NCBI GenBank assembly: GCA_950097015.1
Contig: CATNEN010000038.1
Location: 12,028,001 to 12,092,000, forward strand
DNA from: Macrostomum hystrix
Lineage: Eukaryota > Animalia > Platyhelminthes
DNA length: 64,000 nt
Direction of reading: 5' to 3'
Shown here: positions 23,518 through 34,789 of the stretch, piece after piece
Layout: each line of letters opens with the position of its first letter
Numbering within the stretch: position 1 is the stretch's first letter
Notes under the pieces: generated by a model
What the model was told of the DNA's origin: nothing
Database searches by the model: none
The model's input: the letters and a program-made list of their open reading frames with translations, nothing else
Made by a program: the position numbers and the translations under genes

Positions 23518-26027
23518 TCAAGCGTCCACCGGATCACGGCACTGGCCGCAGTTGTCGACAGCCGACCCGGTGGCGCCCAGCCGTTCGACCTGCACCGTGA
23601 CTTCGTGAACTCGAAATCGACTGCGAACTAGTCTAGTGGCCGTCTGCAACACCAGCTGACTGTCGGCATTGTCGGCGATGGCCAAGTGGGTGCTCAGAGC
23701 TGTGCGGGACACCGAGATGCTCCATAAGCGAAGACTGTGGACTCGCACGACTCCATTGACTGAGGCCAGCGCGGCTGCTACGGCATCGAAGTCTAGACCT
23801 CTTCAGGATTGCGCAATATGGTTAGAGACATTGTGAAAGTAACGATTAGCGATAAAACTAACGATAAACGAGGAAATATAATGGTTATATTATACAACTA
23901 CAGATTAATAACTGAGACGGAATACTAATTCTTGAAACTAGCGATTTAAGCCTGAAACTAAAGAATTAACGCTGAAAATAACGTTTTCTTGCTTTCATAA
24001 ACTAACGATTGCTACCTGAAACTAACACTTTTTAACCGAAAATAACTGTTATCTCTTGAATGAAGTTTCGTTCATAACGGGATAGAAACGAGAATCGACT
24101 GGATGCAATAATAACGGCTCGAAAGTATCGATTTAAGCTAAAACTAACGATTACTGATTAACAGCGAGCCGAAAACCAACGTTTCAAACCCATAATTCTT
24201 GTTGACATACGCTGAAACCGCAATTACCTCGGCGCCGCTTCCATCAGGACACGCAGAGCGTCTCGGATGATGGCGAATGTGGTCATCAGTACCAGCACCG
24301 AGAACAAGAAGGTGCAGATGGGATCAGCAATGCGCCAATCGGGCCTGTAGTAGATCAAGTAAGCCGCGCTCAGCACTCCTACACTCTGCAGCAGGTCGCC
24401 AATCACGTGTACAAAAGCCGCCCTCACGTTGATGTTCTGCTCGGCCGGGGCGTCTCCGTCCTGATGCGAATGAGAATGCTGGTGCAGGGTGAGCGCCATC
24501 AGGATGTTCACTGCTACGCCTACGGCGCTAGTGATGAGCATGACGCGGCCGTCAACTTCGAAACTGCCCGTGCGGACTCGATCGATGGCTAGGAATACCA
24601 GGATCTGAAAGATGGGATCAGGCGGATGAATGGTATCAGTGAGAGGATGAGATCAGAGAGGGGTGGGATTAGGAAAGGATTGGATCAAGGAGAGGATGGG
24701 ATCAGGGAGAGGATGGGATCAGGGAGATGATGGGATCAGAGAGAGAATGGGAACATGGAGAAGAGGGGGGATCACGGAGAATATGGGATCAGGCAGAGGA
24801 TGGGATAAGGGAGAGGATGGGATCACGGAGAAGAAGGGGTCACGGAGAAGATAGGATCAGGGAGACGATGGGATCAGGAGAGGATGGGATCAGGGAGAGG
24901 ATGGAATCAATGAGAGGATGGGATCAATGAGAGGATGGGATCAATAAGAGGATGGGATCAATGAGAGGATGGGATCAATGATAGGATGGAATCATTGAGA
25001 GGATGGGATCAATGAGAGGATGGGATCAATGAGAGGATGGGATCAATGAGAGGATGGGATCAATGAGAGGATGGGATCAATGAGAGGATTGGATCAGGGA
25101 GAGGATGGGATCAATGAGAGGATGGGATCAGGGAGAGGATGGGATCAATAAGAGGATAGGATCAGGGAGAAAATGGGATCAATGAGAGGATGGGATCAAT
25201 AAGAGGATAGGATCAGGGAGAGGATGGGATCAATGAGAGGATGGGATCAATGAGAGGATGGGATCAATGAGAGGATGGGATCAGGGAGAGGATGGGATCA
25301 GGGAGAGGATGGGATCAATAAGAGGATAGGATCAGGGAGAGGATGGGATCAATGAGAGGATGGGATCAATGAGAGGATGGGATCAGGGAGAGGATGGGAT
25401 CAGGGAGAGGGTGGTATCAGGGAGAGGATGGGATCAAGGACATGACGGAATCAGGGAGACTAGCTATAGGATCAGGAAGGGATGGGATCAGGTAGAGAAT
25501 GGGATCAGAGAGGGGATGGCATCAAGGACATGATGGGATCAGAGAGACTAGCTATGGGATCAGGAAAAGATGAAAAAAAATTCTCAAAACATGGAACGCG
25601 AGCTGTCAAAAAAACCTACCCCAGTAACAAGCCAGATCATCAGCACAGACACCAGGGCGCCGAGCACCTCAGCCCGATGCCAGCCGAAGCTGTAGCGTTT
25701 GCTAGGCCGCCTACCGGCCAGGTAAATGGCCAGAAGGCTGATCATGAAGCTGGCAAAGTCGGTCAGCAGGTGGGCAGCATCAGTCATGATGGCCAGGCTG
25801 TTAGCCAGGGCGCCACCAACAATTTCTCCGGCCATGAATAGCAGGCAGAGGATGGAGGCCAGGACTAGGCGACGCTGGGCTGAGCGCTGCTGCACAATGG
25901 CCGCAGCGTCGAACTCAGCATCGTGACAATGAATGTCGTCTGGCAATTCAGCATCTGTTGAGTCTTGCACAAGTGGCGAAAAATCGTCGGATACACCAAC
26001 TGGAACACTAGTTGAGGGTCTGCTAGC
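23518..26027 (-). CDS. Zinc transporter ZnT-2/3/8-like (SLC30A, CDF family); exons 26027-25620, 24604-24228, 23800-23518; start exon lies further upstream
   Basis: SLAIMTDAAHLLTD, FGWHRAEVLGA, His loop HQHSHSH, NINVRAAFVHVIGD, ADPICTF, VHSLRLWS, VTVQVE. Junctions are in frame. Confidence 0.93.
24608..25565. repeat. 17-bp purine-rich minisatellite (gagaggatgggatca[at/gg])
   Basis: Fills almost the whole ZnT intron. Confidence 0.92.
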
Positions 26028-29000
26028 CTGAAGTTTAATATGTTTCTTATTTACTTTTTATGCCTATTTATAATAGCAATCTAGACATTTAAATTAGGGA
26101 TTATGAGTGTAAAAGTATTTTGCGGGCAGAATTTCGCTCTAACCAGACACTATGATATTTATTTAGCTATCTTTTTGTAAATAAATAGCTTACTAATATT
26201 AGTTCTCAATTGTACATTATAATATCATGTGTTTTATTATTAAAATTCACTTTTCGTTACTTTATTACAATATAACATATCATATTTAAAGTTTTAGAAA
26301 GCTAGTTTTCCTAGCTAATGTAGGAGCGAGGAATTTTTCTGTAAATCAAATCTGTACCAATATTTTGTTTTAATGTTTAACTAGTCTAATATTATTTATG
26401 TGCAAAGTATTATGAATATTCTGTGAAATTTACTCATTTCAACAAAAATATTTCTGGGCTTATAAGTGGTTGCAATTTCTGTGTAACAAGACAACTTGCC
26501 AGTGAGGCATACAAGCCTGATTCAGTAATACAGTTGTGCTAAAATAGTGAATTGATCCTGGAAAAGTGTTCCAACGTGTTAGTTCTTTTTTTGTTTAAGA
26601 TTGAGTTTGTGACCCTGCAATCCAGGAGAGCCCTGAAGACTGGGAGTCAAAGGCCTTAGAGTTGTGCCATAAGAGTCGCTACCATTAGAGTGTTAAGCCC
26701 ACAGAGATAAGAATCGCAGGATATTAAGAAGTTAAAATGGCCATTTTAGGGACACCAGTTAAAAGCATAGGAAAATATGCTCAGTATTAATAGCTAAAGA
26801 AAAGAATAAAATCAGCCAAACTGATGTGCTACAAATAGAGATAAAGATAGAGTCATAAGCCCTGTTACACTAAAAAGACTTAAAATTTGTCTAGCTAATA
26901 ATAAATTTGCTTTCAGATGGTAAGTTATCAAGTATATTTTTATATCTAAAATATTATGACATAACAATACACTTTCTCTCTTAGTCAAGACATGACAAAG
27001 TATGACATTTTTAAACAAAATGTCCATTGGCAAAGTTATAATAAGTGTAATAAACTTAATTATTTAGTTAACAGGACATAATTTTTCGGAAAATGCCATA
27101 TTTTTTGTTTAAAAAATAGTTTGAATATAATTACTTCTGTGCAATATGCATCTCTAATTATAAATTATTATGCTGATGAGCAACTTTTTTCTATTAATTT
27201 TCGCATCTATAACAAGCATCACACAAAGATTGTATTTAAATAGCTACCTGTAGTAGCTAATTTAACTCAAATCCAACTCTTTAAATACAGCTTAGTATAT
27301 CATGACACATGAATAAGCTATATTAGTCATATGTTTGAATTTTATTAGTAATCGGCATATCTATTGTAAGCACGCCATTGTGATCTGCCAGCGAAACATT
27401 CGTGACACATTATCAGCGAATCAGGTAGGTCTAGTAACTTTATATTTATCGTACTTTCATAAAACTGCGTGTAGCGTCGATCTGAGTGGGTTAGAGAAAA
27501 GCGATATTTTAAAGAAGTTAAAATGTGTTTTCGCATGTTTATAAAACAAAAAATTATTGGATAACGTATAATTCAAGGACCACTAGAAGAAGAAGGACGG
27601 GACACTTCGTTTCTTAGAAAATTTATTAAAGGCTGATTTTTACGGAAAAATACACTAGCGAGATAGGAACTTTTCACTTTTTTCACCTTAAAACGTTGAT
27701 AACTTTTTATTGGAAGCAGATACAAAGCTCTTCTTTTGATATAACTTACAAAATATGTTGCTTCGACGAATTTTAGGAAGATTTTTTCATGAATAATTGA
27801 TCTTCATATTATTTTAGTTACTATATCATGCAGCAATTATAGTATGAAGCTAACTAGTGACTAACTTGAATTTTACAATCTCTGTTTAATCGGATGCATC
27901 TATTTAATAGCAATATATGATTAAAAAATAGTTGTTTATAATTGTATGCCCAACTCACTGCTTCTTTATTTTAGTTTTATCCTGTCAATATAAAATAAAT
28001 TTAAATATATAGCTACCTATATTACATATAGACCTACTAGCTAGCTATGCCTAGACCTAGTTATATGTTTATCAATAATCAAGACAGTATCTATCTTGTT
28101 AAGAATTGACAGTTTTTATACTTAATGAAATGTATGAATCTAAGCAAGTGATTTAATTTTAAACCAAGCTTGTTCTCTCTTGTTTTTAGACTTTAGCTTA
28201 TTTTAGCTATATTGACATTATCTTTACATTAGCTAGTTTTTTCAGTATTTATTAAACAATGATAGTTATTTGCTCTGATTTTATCAAGATGTTCTTATTT
28301 TTATTTTCTATTTTTTTAATGTAAACAATGGCATCGTTAACTGAAGGGTTTTTTAAATTTGTAGTGAAATTGTTTATTTCCTATTCATATTATTTTTTGG
28401 GTTCAGGGTTTGCACATGGCTAGCTATTATGTCATGAACTTATCCAATATTCTATTTTAGCCATCTATTTGCCTATCTACTGTAATTTTACTTTTCTTTT
28501 TTAACAAGTATAGTATTTTTATGGCTAGGCCTAATATTAGCTTGACTTGGCTGTTGATTTTCATTAAATTAATCACTTTTATTTCCAATTGAAATTAACA
28601 GTCCAGAAGTTGTAAGTAGGCCTATTGAATTTTTCGTCTATTGGGGCAATATTATTGCCAATAAATATAAGTAATAGCACTTCCACAGTCTATGTTTTTA
28701 AGCTTTAAATTTTCAACATTGAAACATTTAATTAAAAAAGATAAAACAAGAAGTGTTACTTGTTCCTTATCACATTTTAGCTATAATAAAGTTTTGCTTG
28801 CACTGACACTAGTACTCAGAGCTTTTGCTATTATTGTTATGCCTATTAAGATCTTCAAGGTTGATATGGCCCAGGTAAGCTATCTGGCTCTCATTCAGTG
28901 GTAGACTAATTCTGCTATGTATTAGTGTGTAATGTTAAAATATTTTTGGTAATATTATTTATTGTATTTACTATAGTAAGAAATTGTAAAATGTTCTTGC

Positions 29001-29703
29001 TATTGTGGCTCTAGAATGTGTTTTTTTACCTTTTTTGCCATTGCAGGGAAAGTCCATGCCTTTCTGCTTTGTGCCAACACCACTGCCCCAGTTCTACCTA
29101 CCTGTGGTGGAGCCCCAGCCAGTCAGAGAACAACCTGGTGGAGCTTCTGGGCTACCTTTTTGAGAGCCTAGCCTGGAGCCTAAGGACCTTGTTCATGTTT
29201 ACTGCATTTTCAACCAAGTGCTGTAGTCACCAGCTAGACAACCCCATCCAGTCAGTCTAATCACCATGTGATTGATGCCCCTTGCAAGGTAGTAAGCTTC
29301 TGACTGTCCTCATGGACACACAAAGACATTATGTAGAGAAAGATATTACTTCATGTCTATATAATTTAAGATCATATAGATACTATTTTTGTGTCTCAAT
29401 TGTGAAAATTGCCTTGAATTTGAATAATCATTTGTTATAAAGAACAATTTAAATCCATTTATTCTACTTCAGTTGATTTCGAGATTTCTTTTACATTTTT
29501 CTGATTATTGTGTATTGAAATGAGTTTCTTTTCTCAATAGTGCATGTGCCATGAGATGTCAAATGGAGAACAATAAATGGAAGTTTGCAGCTTTTTATAT
29601 CTTTGAATATGAGCTCATAGTATACATGTTTTACTTATGACTTAGTGCAAAATGTGTTCAAGTAGTGCTGACCTTTCATTTTTCATCGTATTTTATTGTC
29701 AAG

Positions 29704-30373
29704 ATGCCTATGCAGTGTTGTGTGCCACAATAACAACAACGACAACAAAATACACTGTCAGGTAAAAAAAGCAGTGTCACAGTGCATGCTTCAGAGCCTG
29801 GTTGCGAACAAACACTGCATTGCCGGCAGTGTCTGGGGCACCAGCATAGGCCAGCAGGCAGCTTCTTTGATATGGCAATGATGTTTGTCATGGTCCACTT
29901 GGTTCATCACACAGGCAACCTCACTGGCCACACAGTGAATATGCAGCACCTTGCCTTGATGGACACCTTGTCTGGACACAGTGATTTGCTGCCTGGCTTC
30001 TTCTAGGCAAACATCACGACTTCAGCCATGGTGAATGGTGCAATGTTAAAACTGTCCTTTGACCGCAACTGAGTCTCTGGTGGCAGTGTCAGGATGTTGG
30101 GCAGTGGTGGCAGCACATTGACTATGGTAGCAAAGAACTCGCGTAGCTTGTTACTGTGCTCATCCACAGTGCCGCCTGCCAGATTCAGTTGGATGCGCCA
30201 CTTTTGCCCTGTCAGAGCATTAATGGCAGACCAGGCCACATGCCATCTGGAATCATGCACCACAATGAAAAAGTAATTGTGACACAAGGGATAAAAGGAC
30301 CACAGTTTTTTCATTTTCTAAACAGAAAAATGAGTTTGAGGCATGGCACAAAGCTTTACCAATTTCAATAAAG
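29704..30373 (+). pseudogene. Decayed THAP zinc-finger N-terminus of a P-type transposase, split by a LINE insertion
   Basis: Removing 29732-30266 gives MPMQCCVPQ*KSNCDTRDKRTTVFSFSKQKNEFEAWHKALP, matching the THAP pattern MP..CCVP.CKSNYD....VFSFPK.......W..ALP. Confidence 0.75.
29732..30259 (-). mobile_element. Truncated/deleted non-LTR retrotransposon fragment (region leading into RT) with a simple-repeat tail
   Basis: 7-bp TSD CCACAAT (29725-29731, 30260-30266); (GTT)-like tail; translation APFTMAEV...KKPGSKSLCPD...WTMTNIIAISKK resembles LINE RT domain 0. Confidence 0.7.
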
Positions 30374-31296
30374 GTAAATAAATCCTTGTTAATAAAAGAA
30401 TTACATGAATTTAGGGGTGTTATTAAGCTTTTTTTATTGGGTGGCGCCAATAGGGATTTAGGGGTGCACACAAATGGGAATTGGAGGGCTCTGTGATGGG
30501 ATTTAAAAGAAAGCCAAATTTTAAAGAAAAAACCCTTCAGGCCCCTAGCCAATTATGCCATTGTTTTCATTAAATAGAGCCTAATAGAAAATAAAAATAA
30601 GAACATCTTGATAAAATCAGAGCAAATAACTATCATTGTTTAATAAATACTGAAAAAACTAGCTAATGTAAAGATAATGTCAATATAGCTAAAATAAGCT
30701 AAAGTCTAAAAACAAGAGAGAACAAGCTTGGTTTAAAATTAAATCACTTGCTTAGATTCATACATTTCATTAAGTATAAAAACTGTCAATTCTTAACAAG
30801 ATAGATACTGTCTTGATTATTGATAAACATATAACTAGGTCTAGGCATAGCTAGCTAGTAGGTCTATATGTAATATAGGTAGCTATATATTTAAATTTAT
30901 TTTATATTGACAGGATAAAACTAAAATAAAGAAGCAGTGAGTTGGGCATACAATTATAAACAACTATTTTTTAATCATATATTGCTATTAAATAGATGCA
31001 TCCGATTAAACAGAGATTGTAAAATTCAAGTTAGTCACTAGTTAGCTTCATACTATAACTAGCTTTTTTTGCCCGTTGTTTTTGGGGCAGAAATTTAAAG
31101 CAAAGCAGTAAGCAATTCACGTCTCTGTATTAACTTTATAGTGAAGGTCACCATTTATTTATTTACTGCATTAATGAAAAGTGAAGAGTTTGTTTAAGGG
31201 CGTTTTAAGTAAAAAAAGAAGTGAAAAGTTTGTCCAAACAGCCCCCTCTTGATTACTTCTTTAGAAACATGTCTCTTAGCCACTCCTCTATACAGT

Positions 31297-31558
31297 CAGT
31301 GGCAGATCCAGGAATTTTGTTTTGGGGCGGTCTGTCAGGGGAGCGCCATGAGAATCACAGAGGGCCGAAAAAGGGCGCCAGGAGCCAAGAAAAGGCGCCA
31401 GCGGCTGAAAAACGGGAGCCAGCGGCTGAAAAAGGGGCGCCAGCGGCCGAAAAGGGGCGCTAGTGCTGCGACTGGCGCCCCTGGTGGGGGCATCTTATTC
31501 CCATGATTAAAATTTAGGGGGGCGACTGCCCCCCCGCCCCCCCCTAAATCTGCCTCTG
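31297..31558. mobile_element. hAT-type MITE nested in the Helitron
   Basis: TIR CAGTGGCAGATCCAGG / CCTAAATCTGCCTCTG; perfect 8-bp TSD TATACAGT; internal ~21-bp tandem repeats. Confidence 0.85.
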
Positions 31559-31710
31559 TATACAGTATGCATGTACACGCGTAGACATAAAGAAAATAGC
31601 CATGACATAACAATAACAATGTCAAAGAAACAAAATTAAACTGTTTCAGAGTTCAGAGTTAGACAGGTCAAGGTCAATTCGTGACTACTTTTCTATTAAT
31701 TGCTTGCGAG

Positions 31711-32345
31711 TCATCTCAAGGCCTGGGGATACACCACATTCTTCGTTCTTCCCCTTGGTGCGAAAATGAATAGGCCAGCTGGAGTTCCAACACGGGAGCA
31801 GGCGACATAAAGCTGCCCATGCGAGAAGCACGGAGTCTCCAGGTTGATGCCAGCCACCTTCAGCGACTGTCCCTGAGCCTTGTTAATAGTCATCGCAAAG
31901 CACACTCTCACAGGGAACTGCAGTCGCTTGAACTGAAATGGCAGGTCCGTGGGGATAATTGGAATCCGGGGAACGAACACAGACTCTCCTCTGCCAGATC
32001 CAGTCATTATCGTGGCCTCAATCACGTGTGGGAAGAGCCGCCTGACTATCAGTCTGGTGCCGTTACACAGCCTTGGCGCATTCAGGTTGCGGAGGAGCAT
32101 AATTGGTGCCCCAACTTTCAGCTGCAAGTTGTGCGATGGAGTTCCAGGAGGATCTAGAGAGTTCAGAAACTCAACAGGATACTCCACAGCGGTGTCATCA
32201 GTCAACGTTGTATCAATTGACTTGTAGGTGAAAACTGCACCTGGCAACTCCTGAAGCAGTTGGTAGTTAATTTCGTTGGTGGCATCATTTCTAGGACACA
32301 GAATTGCCCTCTCTGACAGCCAGTCAACGTCAGCATATCGAGAGA
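31711..32345 (-). pseudogene. C-terminal part of Helitron RepHel PIF1-like helicase
   Basis: WLSERAILCPRN, EFLNSL.PPG.P.H.L.LKVG.PIMLLRNL..LCNGTRL, RLQFPVRVCFAMTINKAQGQSL, FSHGQLYVACSRV, TKNVVY. The Rep domain is absent. Confidence 0.92.
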
Positions 32346-34789
32346 AATAGGCTGGCTGGAGAGAAATATAAACCGGAGAGCCCTGCGCACTGGGACGCCA
32401 CCGCACTCACCGCACTCAGTCTCAGTGCTGCTTGGGGGCCAGTAGACAGTCTAGGGGTTTGGGCTGTGTACATTCACGGCTTGAAATACAATGTACAGTC
32501 TGGGGCTTCGGCGCCCGGGGAAGGGAGGGGGTGGCTGTTATAAAATTTGGCCCGCAGAGTGGCGGAGGGGAGTTGGGGTGGCTGTCCTCGGAAAACAAAA
32601 AGTGACTCACTTTGAGATGATGCAGCTTTGCTCTGGATTGAGTAGAGATGTTCAAAATTGACAGCATTGTTGGAAAACATGTAAAGTGTAAGTGGATCAA
32701 ATTTGGAGAAAATCTGACAAAGTGGGGCGACGATATGTCGAATTGAGTGATTTTTTGACGATTTTTGAGCAGTTTTTTGCACTTTTGAGCAGGAAGGAAA
32801 TGATTTTTCGGGAATTTGAGTAGCCTATTGCACTCAGCGTAGGTGGTTTAAGGTATGTGCAAAGTTTGGTGCGATTTGGTTCAGCGGTTTCGGCGTCTAT
32901 AAAGACAAAAGGTTGCACACACACACACACACACACAGACAGACAGAGTTTTCACTTTTATATATATAGATTGCTGCATGATATAGTAACTAAAATAATA
33001 TGAAGATCAATTATTCATGAAAAAATCTTCCTAAAATTCGTCGAAGCAACATATTTTGTAAGTTATATCAAAAGAAGAGCTTTGTATCTGCTTCCAATAA
33101 AAAGTTATCAACGTTTTAAGGTGAAAAAAGTGAAAAGTTCCTATCTCGCTAGTGTATTTTTCCGTAAAAATCAGCCTTTAATAAATTTTCTAAGAAACGA
33201 AGTGTCCCGTCCTTCTTCTTCTAGTGGTCCTTGGTATAATTTTTATGAGAAAAGCGTTCTATATTTTTTAACTATTTAACTGACGCCATTTATTTTTCCT
33301 TGAGTTTTTTCTTACATTTTTGCTTTACTACACCACAAAAAATATAACATTCACGCAGACCTGTTGTTTGCAAATAGAGAAACATATTTATTGATTATAT
33401 CGAGGAATATGTAATATGATTTTAAGTCGAGGCATACGTCAAATTCAACCCACAAAAAAACACCAAGAAGCAGCGTCGGATGGTGTGCAATTGAGCGAAT
33501 TGTGCCATTGTGCGAAACCAAATTAAGTCTAACACATCTAGATTGATTTTACTTAGCTGGACCATCGATTTAAATGGTCGATCTACACGATCTACACCTA
33601 CAAAGTCACAATTATTTTTTGCTATTGGGAGCTGAGCTAACCCGCCAAGTAGGCCTGCATTAGTCAACCATCGAAGGGGAACGAGCCACGTTCTAGCTGA
33701 AAATCCAGTTGATGCAGTGCTTCCACCGATAGGATGTCCATGCATTTTACCATGTTTCGGTGTCGATGCGTCGATCGGCATGGAACTGCATATCCCGCAA
33801 TCATTTTGCGTTGAGGCAAGGCCTTACATACTATCCCGCTATACTATTTTTATAGCTTCATCGGAGCTATAAACATGAATTAACACATGCACACCCAAGT
33901 GCAGATCATCAACCTACTAAGATTACAATAAAACTGAAGTAAATCTCATGAATGTCATTAATTTGCTATTACAATTGGGTGCTTACCAATCAGACCTGTG
34001 AATAACACGTTCTGTTCAATAAAGCATAGCAGTTTATTGTTTTATTCGAATGAACATTAGCTCTTTATTCATATATTAGGATCGAGCTACTGCGAGATGA
34101 TATGTAATCAAATTTAAACAAACATTTTTAACATCCTTTAACAGAATGAAAATATTCTGCTTTTTCTATATTGCAATAGATTGTGAGAAATAAATACATT
34201 CTTTAGCAGCAGCTGGTTAAAGTACTAATTAGTACATTGGTTTTGAGATAATGTGAAATAACCTCGACGGAATATCTATAAATTGATAAAAATATGGAAT
34301 AGACTATTTGAAATTCATATTCATAGTGAAACATTCGGCGCCAAATCTTAAACATCTCACTGCCGACGTCATAATAATGTAGGAATAATGCGAAAATGAG
34401 AAAGCAAACAGTTTCAAGAAAGAAATAAAAACTGTACCCTTCTGATAAATAAAGCATGTTTGCGTCTAGAAAGATATTCTACTGTGAAATAAGTATAAAA
34501 CCGTGAAATAATGGCCACTAGCGAATAGAAACTCAAAGAAACTCAGAGAAAAGGCATTTTTAAGCATGCATTGAACGCGCATTCGAAATTACAATTAGAA
34601 AAGTGTACCATTTTATTTATTCTAATGTTGGTTGCAGCATGTGCTCCTTAATTTCTCATTGTTTGTACGTTTATTAGCTATATACCTTAGTGTATGGTTA
34701 CTAAACTCGTCCTAATTATTTCGGAAAATTTCGAGAATAAAAGCATCAAGTTCTCGTCCTTGCGTATATTGTTGTTTGTCCTTTTAATT

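Larger units (their letters stand above)
31059..32970 (-). mobile_element. Non-autonomous Helitron
   Basis: Minus strand starts TC(TATATATATAAAAG) and ends CTAG, with a GCCC..GGGC subterminal hairpin. It is inserted at A|T without a TSD, shown by the uninterrupted left TIR (tactataa|ttgctgc). It has a 5' (GT)n/(CTGT)n microsatellite. Confidence 0.93.
27574..33233 (+). mobile_element. Non-autonomous P-superfamily (Galileo-like foldback) DNA transposon with 739-bp TIRs
   Basis: Termini CAAGGACC...GGTCCTTG; perfect 8-bp TSD GTATAATT (27566-27573, 33234-33241); TIRs 27574-28312 and 30583-33233 (the latter split by a Helitron); internal THAP remnant. Confidence 0.88.

Noticed and set aside
30412-30563. 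Possible CpG-decayed hAT MITE inside the P element
   Set aside because: The ends resemble CAGGGGCGTAATT/AATTACGCCACTG only after assuming mutations, and there is no TSD.
33422-33781. 119-aa ORF as an independent gene
   Set aside because: No recognisable domain or splice support; it probably overlaps the ZnT promoter region.
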